In this document: one piece after another, positions 60,477-64,000 of the stretch
How the letters are laid out: every line of letters begins with the position of its first letter
How positions within the stretch are numbered: position 1 is the stretch's first letter
DNA from: Thermodesulfobacteriota bacterium
Lineage (GTDB): Bacteria; Desulfobacterota; Desulfobulbia; Desulfobulbales; SURF-16
Direction: 5' to 3'
Assembly: GCA_039715015.1 (NCBI GenBank)
Contig: JBDLIE010000001.1
Location: 32,001 to 96,000, forward strand
DNA length: 64,000 nucleotides
Made by a program: the position numbers and the translations under genes
The notes under the pieces: generated by a model
Database searches by the model: none
Told to the model about the DNA's origin: nothing
Seen by the model: only the letters and a program-made list of their open reading frames with translations

Positions 60477-62246
60477 CTATAGTAAGAAGAGCAGGAGCAA
60501 AAAGGCTATGGTGAAGATGGCCGTAGAGGCCACCGAAAAATTGCCCAGCCTGAATTTGACAAGAACCTTTTCCTCGCTTTCAGCCAGCTGTTGTTCTGTC
60601 ATGCCATGCAGTTTGCAGAAAGGTCTGCTGGCGGCCAGGACGAGGCGGGCCGGACCGTCTTTGCAAAAATGGGCCAGCCAAGTGGTAAAGTCTTGGGCAA
60701 TGAGGCGATTGGTCAGTCTGTTAATTCCATTGAGGCTGAGATCAAAGGCCTGATAAATCAAACGACCGCCTTTGCGGTAGGTCCAATCAAAGTCGAGGTT
60801 CACCGAACGCATCTCTGCCGGATAGATACCGGCAAGCAGCAGCAGGGTAAAGGCCATGGCCGAGAAGAACAGGAGCTGGGTCTGACCCATGACATGGTCA
60901 TAGGTATAGGGCTGGTAGGCCACATCGTAGGGCAGCAAGTCATAGAGAAACTTCGGAAAGCTACCGATAAAGATACAACCAAAGGCGGCCAGGCCCATGG
61001 CCAGCAGCATGTTGAGCGGCGCCTCTTTGACACGGTGGCCTGCATCGTGACCGTAGAAGGTGAAAAAAGGTATTTTGATACCGGCATGATGGAAAACACC
61101 GGCTGCGGCAAAGAGCAGAGTGAACCACACCAGCCAAAGATGCTCGTGGGCCGCCGCCGACATCACCAGCGACTTGGAGACAAAGCCGGAAAAGAGCGGG
61201 AAGGCCGAAATAGAGGCCGCCCCGACAATACAAAACAAGCAGGTCCACGGCATGCTTTTGTAAAGACCGCCCAGATCTGTGGCGTTAACCTTGCCGGTCC
61301 GGTACATCACAGCACCCACGGACATGAAGAGCAGGCCTTTAAAGAGGATGTCGTTAAAGGCATGGGCCACAGCTCCGTTTACGGCTAATTCGGTGCCGAT
61401 ACCAATTCCCACCACCATAAAACCAACCTGGTTGATGAGACTATAGGCCAGTACCCGGCGCAGGTCGTTTTCAATAACGGCAAAGAAAATCGGAAAGGCG
61501 GCCATGGCCGTGCCAATCCAGATAAGAGCAGGTTCGCCTTCAAAGGCGCGGGCCAGAACGTAGACAGCTGTTTTGGTGGTAAAGGCGGACAGAAAAACAG
61601 CTCCGCCGATGGTGGCCTCCGGATAGGCATCAACAAGCCAGGTGTGGAGTAAAGGCCAGGCACAGTTAACTCCAAAGCCCAGAAAAATGAGGATGGTGCC
61701 CATGCTGCTTAAGCCAAGATGGCCAAAATCAAAAGAGCCGACTGTCTGACCGTGGATGACAATACCAGCTAGGAGCAGCAGGCCGCCCACGGCATGGACC
61801 AGAGTATAGCGGAAGGCTGCAGCTGTGGCAGCCTTTGTCTTCCGTGCCAGGATGAGGAACATGGAACTCACGGTCAGCCCTTCCCAGAAGAAAAAGAGCG
61901 AAATCAGATCACCGGCAAAGATCACGCCGAGAGCACAGCCGGAATAGATAAAGCCTGCTACATACTCCACATCGTTCTTGAAGTTGAGAACAAAAAGGAT
62001 GGTTATAAAGGCAATGATGTGAAAGATGATACCAAACAGCCTCGATAGCCTGTCTACCTCAAGCAGGTCAAGTTGATATCCAGCAAATTGCAAGGAGCAG
62101 AGACTGCCCTCCGGCAGGCCCAATACGTTCCACAGTCCTAAAAGAGGCAGGGCCAGGATGTAAGCGCTCTTAAAGCGGCCAGGCAGAAAGGGGATGAGCA
62201 GGGCACCGGCAATAAAGATGAGAGCTGGGATAAGTGCGTTACTCAT
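60477..62246 (-). CDS. mrpD: Mrp-type Na+/H+ antiporter subunit D
   Basis: FFFWE, LHTWLVDAYPEAT, ENDLRRVLAYS, HAFNDILFKGLLFM; ATG 62246 overlaps the upstream stop. Confidence 0.85.
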   Translation of the reverse strand: MSNALIPALIFIAGALLIPFLPGRFKSAYILALPLLGLWNVLGLPEGSLCSLQFAGYQLDLLEVDRLSRLFGIIFHIIAFITILFVLNFKNDVEYVAGFIYSGCALGVIFAGDLISLFFFWEGLTVSSMFLILARKTKAATAAAFRYTLVHAVGGLLLLAGIVIHGQTVGSFDFGHLGLSSMGTILIFLGFGVNCAWPLLHTWLVDAYPEATIGGAVFLSAFTTKTAVYVLARAFEGEPALIWIGTAMAAFPIFFAVIENDLRRVLAYSLINQVGFMVVGIGIGTELAVNGAVAHAFNDILFKGLLFMSVGAVMYRTGKVNATDLGGLYKSMPWTCLFCIVGAASISAFPLFSGFVSKSLVMSAAAHEHLWLVWFTLLFAAAGVFHHAGIKIPFFTFYGHDAGHRVKEAPLNMLLAMGLAAFGCIFIGSFPKFLYDLLPYDVAYQPYTYDHVMGQTQLLFFSAMAFTLLLLAGIYPAEMRSVNLDFDWTYRKGGRLIYQAFDLSLNGINRLTNRLIAQDFTTWLAHFCKDGPARLVLAASRPFCKLHGMTEQQLAESEEKVLVKFRLGNFSVASTAIFTIAFLLLLFLL

Positions 62247-62487
62247 AATAATCCTCATCCCGTTTGACCCGGGGCCGTAAGACGTATTTGGAGACCAGTA
62301 CCAAAATGACACAGGCCACGAAACCGTAGATGGCATAAAAACCGGGCCACTCCTCCCAAGGCATGTGGGCAGGCCGTTTTATCACCAGGTCAACGGCAAA
62401 GAGCAGCACACAGCAGATGAAGAACACCTTGAGCAGTTTTTTGACGTTATCGATGTTATCCCAAAGATGTTTTTTTTCGTTAGCCAT
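62239..62487 (-). CDS. Small membrane protein of Mrp operon
   Basis: Two TMs, PGFYAIYGFVAC, KRDEDYYE. Confidence 0.75.
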   Translation of the reverse strand: MANEKKHLWDNIDNVKKLLKVFFICCVLLFAVDLVIKRPAHMPWEEWPGFYAIYGFVACVILVLVSKYVLRPRVKRDEDYYE

Positions 62488-62692
62488 GGTGATCGCTCTC
62501 CTTACTCTGGCTCTCCTCGTGATGGGCTGGGGGAGAGTCATGGCTGCTGGCCCCAGAGTCTACTTTGCCAAAGGATAAAAAGAGCAGTAGCCCCAGATAA
62601 ACACAGGCCAGGCTGAAGATGATCCAAAAGGCCTTGGCAAAGCCGGGCCACGCCTCGTGGGCCAGTACCATTATTTCTTCATGTTCCTTCAT
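62480..62692 (-). CDS. Small membrane protein of Mrp operon, His-rich tail
   Basis: HEAWPGF, one TM, coupled to neighbours. Confidence 0.6.
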   Translation of the reverse strand: MKEHEEIMVLAHEAWPGFAKAFWIIFSLACVYLGLLLFLSFGKVDSGASSHDSPPAHHEESQSKESDHHG

Positions 62693-62705
62693 CTAGGCCC
62701 CCTTG

Positions 62706-64000
62706 TTACGCAGCCAGAAAAACGTTAACGAAACCCAGGAAAATTCCAGGCCAGAAAAATAAAATCATAGATGCCACGGCCGTGATAACCGGAGGCAGCA
62801 TGGCACAGGGAGGCGCTTCCTTCATTGGTCCCTGGAACAGAGCCTCTTCCTCTGTGCAGAAAAATGCCTTGTAAACGATGGGCAGAAAATAAGCGGCATT
62901 GAGCAGCGAGCTTATCAGGTAGACCGCCAGTACCCAGAGCAGATCAGCCTGCAGAGCGCCCTGGACCATGAAAAGTTTGCTTATAAGACCGCCGGCCGGC
63001 GGCAGGCCGATGACGCTCAGCGAGCCGATAAAAAAAGCGGCCATGGTAAGGGGCATGCGACGGCCAATACCAACCATTTCACTGATATACTTTTTGCCGG
63101 TGGCCACGAAGATAGCGCCGGCGCAGAAAAACAGGGTGATTTTGCCAAAGGCGTGCATGGCGATATGCAGCATGCCGCCTTGAGCACCAAGCTTTGAGGC
63201 CAGACCGACGCCCAGGACAATATAAGAAAGCTGGCCAATGGTGGAAAAGGCCAACCGTCTTTTCAGGTTGTCCTGGGATAGGGCGATGAGCGATGAAATC
63301 AGGACGGTGATACTGGCAATAATGCAGACAATGGTATTGAGTTGCAGGTCGGCCATGAGGTCCAGGCCGAAAATACCGGTGAACACCCGGACGATGGAAA
63401 AGACACCCACCTTGACAACTGCCACGGCATGGAGCAGGGCGGAAACCGGAGTAGGAGCCACCATGGCACCGGGCAGCCAGGAGTGAAAGGGCATAATGCC
63501 GGATTTTGCAAAGCCAAAGACAAAGAGCAAAAGCAGGCAGGTAAGCAGGGTCGGCGAGGTGTCGGCGGCAAAGACGCCAACGTTGCTGAACTCCAGGGAG
63601 CCGGTGGTCACATAGGTGATGATCATGGCCGGCAGGGCAAAACCGATGGAGGTGGAAAGCAGGTAGGTCAGGTATTTACGGCCGCCACCCCGGGCCTCCT
63701 TGTCCTGGTGATGGGTGACCAGGGGAAATGTGGAGAGCGACAGCATCTCGTAAAAGAGGTACAGGGTAAAGAGGTTGCCGGCAAAGGCCACGCCCATGGT
63801 GGCGGACAGGGCCAGGGCAAAAAAACAGAAATAGCGGGTTTGGGCATGCTCCTCCAGAGCGCGCATATAGCCAATGGAGTAAATGGAAGTGACGATCCAT
63901 AGCGATGAGGCCACCAAGGCAAAGAGCATCCCAAAACCATCGACCTTAAAGCGAATGGCCAGGCCGGGCAGTACCTGCCAGATGTCGTAGGTATGGGTGT
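62706..64000 (-). CDS. Monovalent cation/H+ antiporter subunit D family protein (5' end outside window)
   Basis: YLFYE, PFHSWLPGAMVAPTPVSALLHAVAVVK, DNLKRRLAFST; frame remains open to the window edge. Confidence 0.85.
   Translation of the reverse strand, partial: THTYDIWQVLPGLAIRFKVDGFGMLFALVASSLWIVTSIYSIGYMRALEEHAQTRYFCFFALALSATMGVAFAGNLFTLYLFYEMLSLSTFPLVTHHQDKEARGGGRKYLTYLLSTSIGFALPAMIITYVTTGSLEFSNVGVFAADTSPTLLTCLLLLFVFGFAKSGIMPFHSWLPGAMVAPTPVSALLHAVAVVKVGVFSIVRVFTGIFGLDLMADLQLNTIVCIIASITVLISSLIALSQDNLKRRLAFSTIGQLSYIVLGVGLASKLGAQGGMLHIAMHAFGKITLFFCAGAIFVATGKKYISEMVGIGRRMPLTMAAFFIGSLSVIGLPPAGGLISKLFMVQGALQADLLWVLAVYLISSLLNAAYFLPIVYKAFFCTEEEALFQGPMKEAPPCAMLPPVITAVASMILFFWPGIFLGFVNVFLAA

Noticed and set aside
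1..64000. tRNA, rRNA, CRISPR-Cas, prophage or integrase genes
   Set aside because: None recognised by inspection.

Overview
Bacterial genomic window, most likely from a deltaproteobacterial (Desulfobulbales-like) genome; this assignment is inferred from gene content only. GC-richer core DNA lies at 1-8.8 kb (a complete MoxR-DUF58-BatA-E operon) and at 41.5-64 kb (glgA, aroC, shikimate kinase, hybrid kinase, FliK-like, MFS, TlpA, SpmAB, MBL, HDOD, hydantoinase-like, Mrp-type antiporter genes). Between them is an accessory region of about 32 kb. It holds a PagL-like gene, two paralogous small c-type cytochrome genes near its two ends, a peroxiredoxin-like selenoprotein (in-frame TGA in W-U-P-Y-C plus a SECIS-like hairpin, split in two by the ORF track), two integron-type gene cassettes with attC sites but no integrase, two tandem IS200-type elements, IS3 remnants and a GDSL hydrolase. 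Its centrepiece is a ~20 kb AT-richer hybrid NRPS-PKS cluster: C-A(Gly)-T / KS-AT-KR(inactive)-ACP / C-[split dead A containing an alpha-keto-acid A + KR]-T-TE with a Cys nucleophile, followed by a PP-loop amidotransferase-like enzyme, crotonyl-CoA carboxylase/reductase, an Sfp PPTase and a frameshifted PksB-like hydrolase. This predicts a small ester-containing (depsi) hybrid metabolite that I do not recognise as a characterised pathway.
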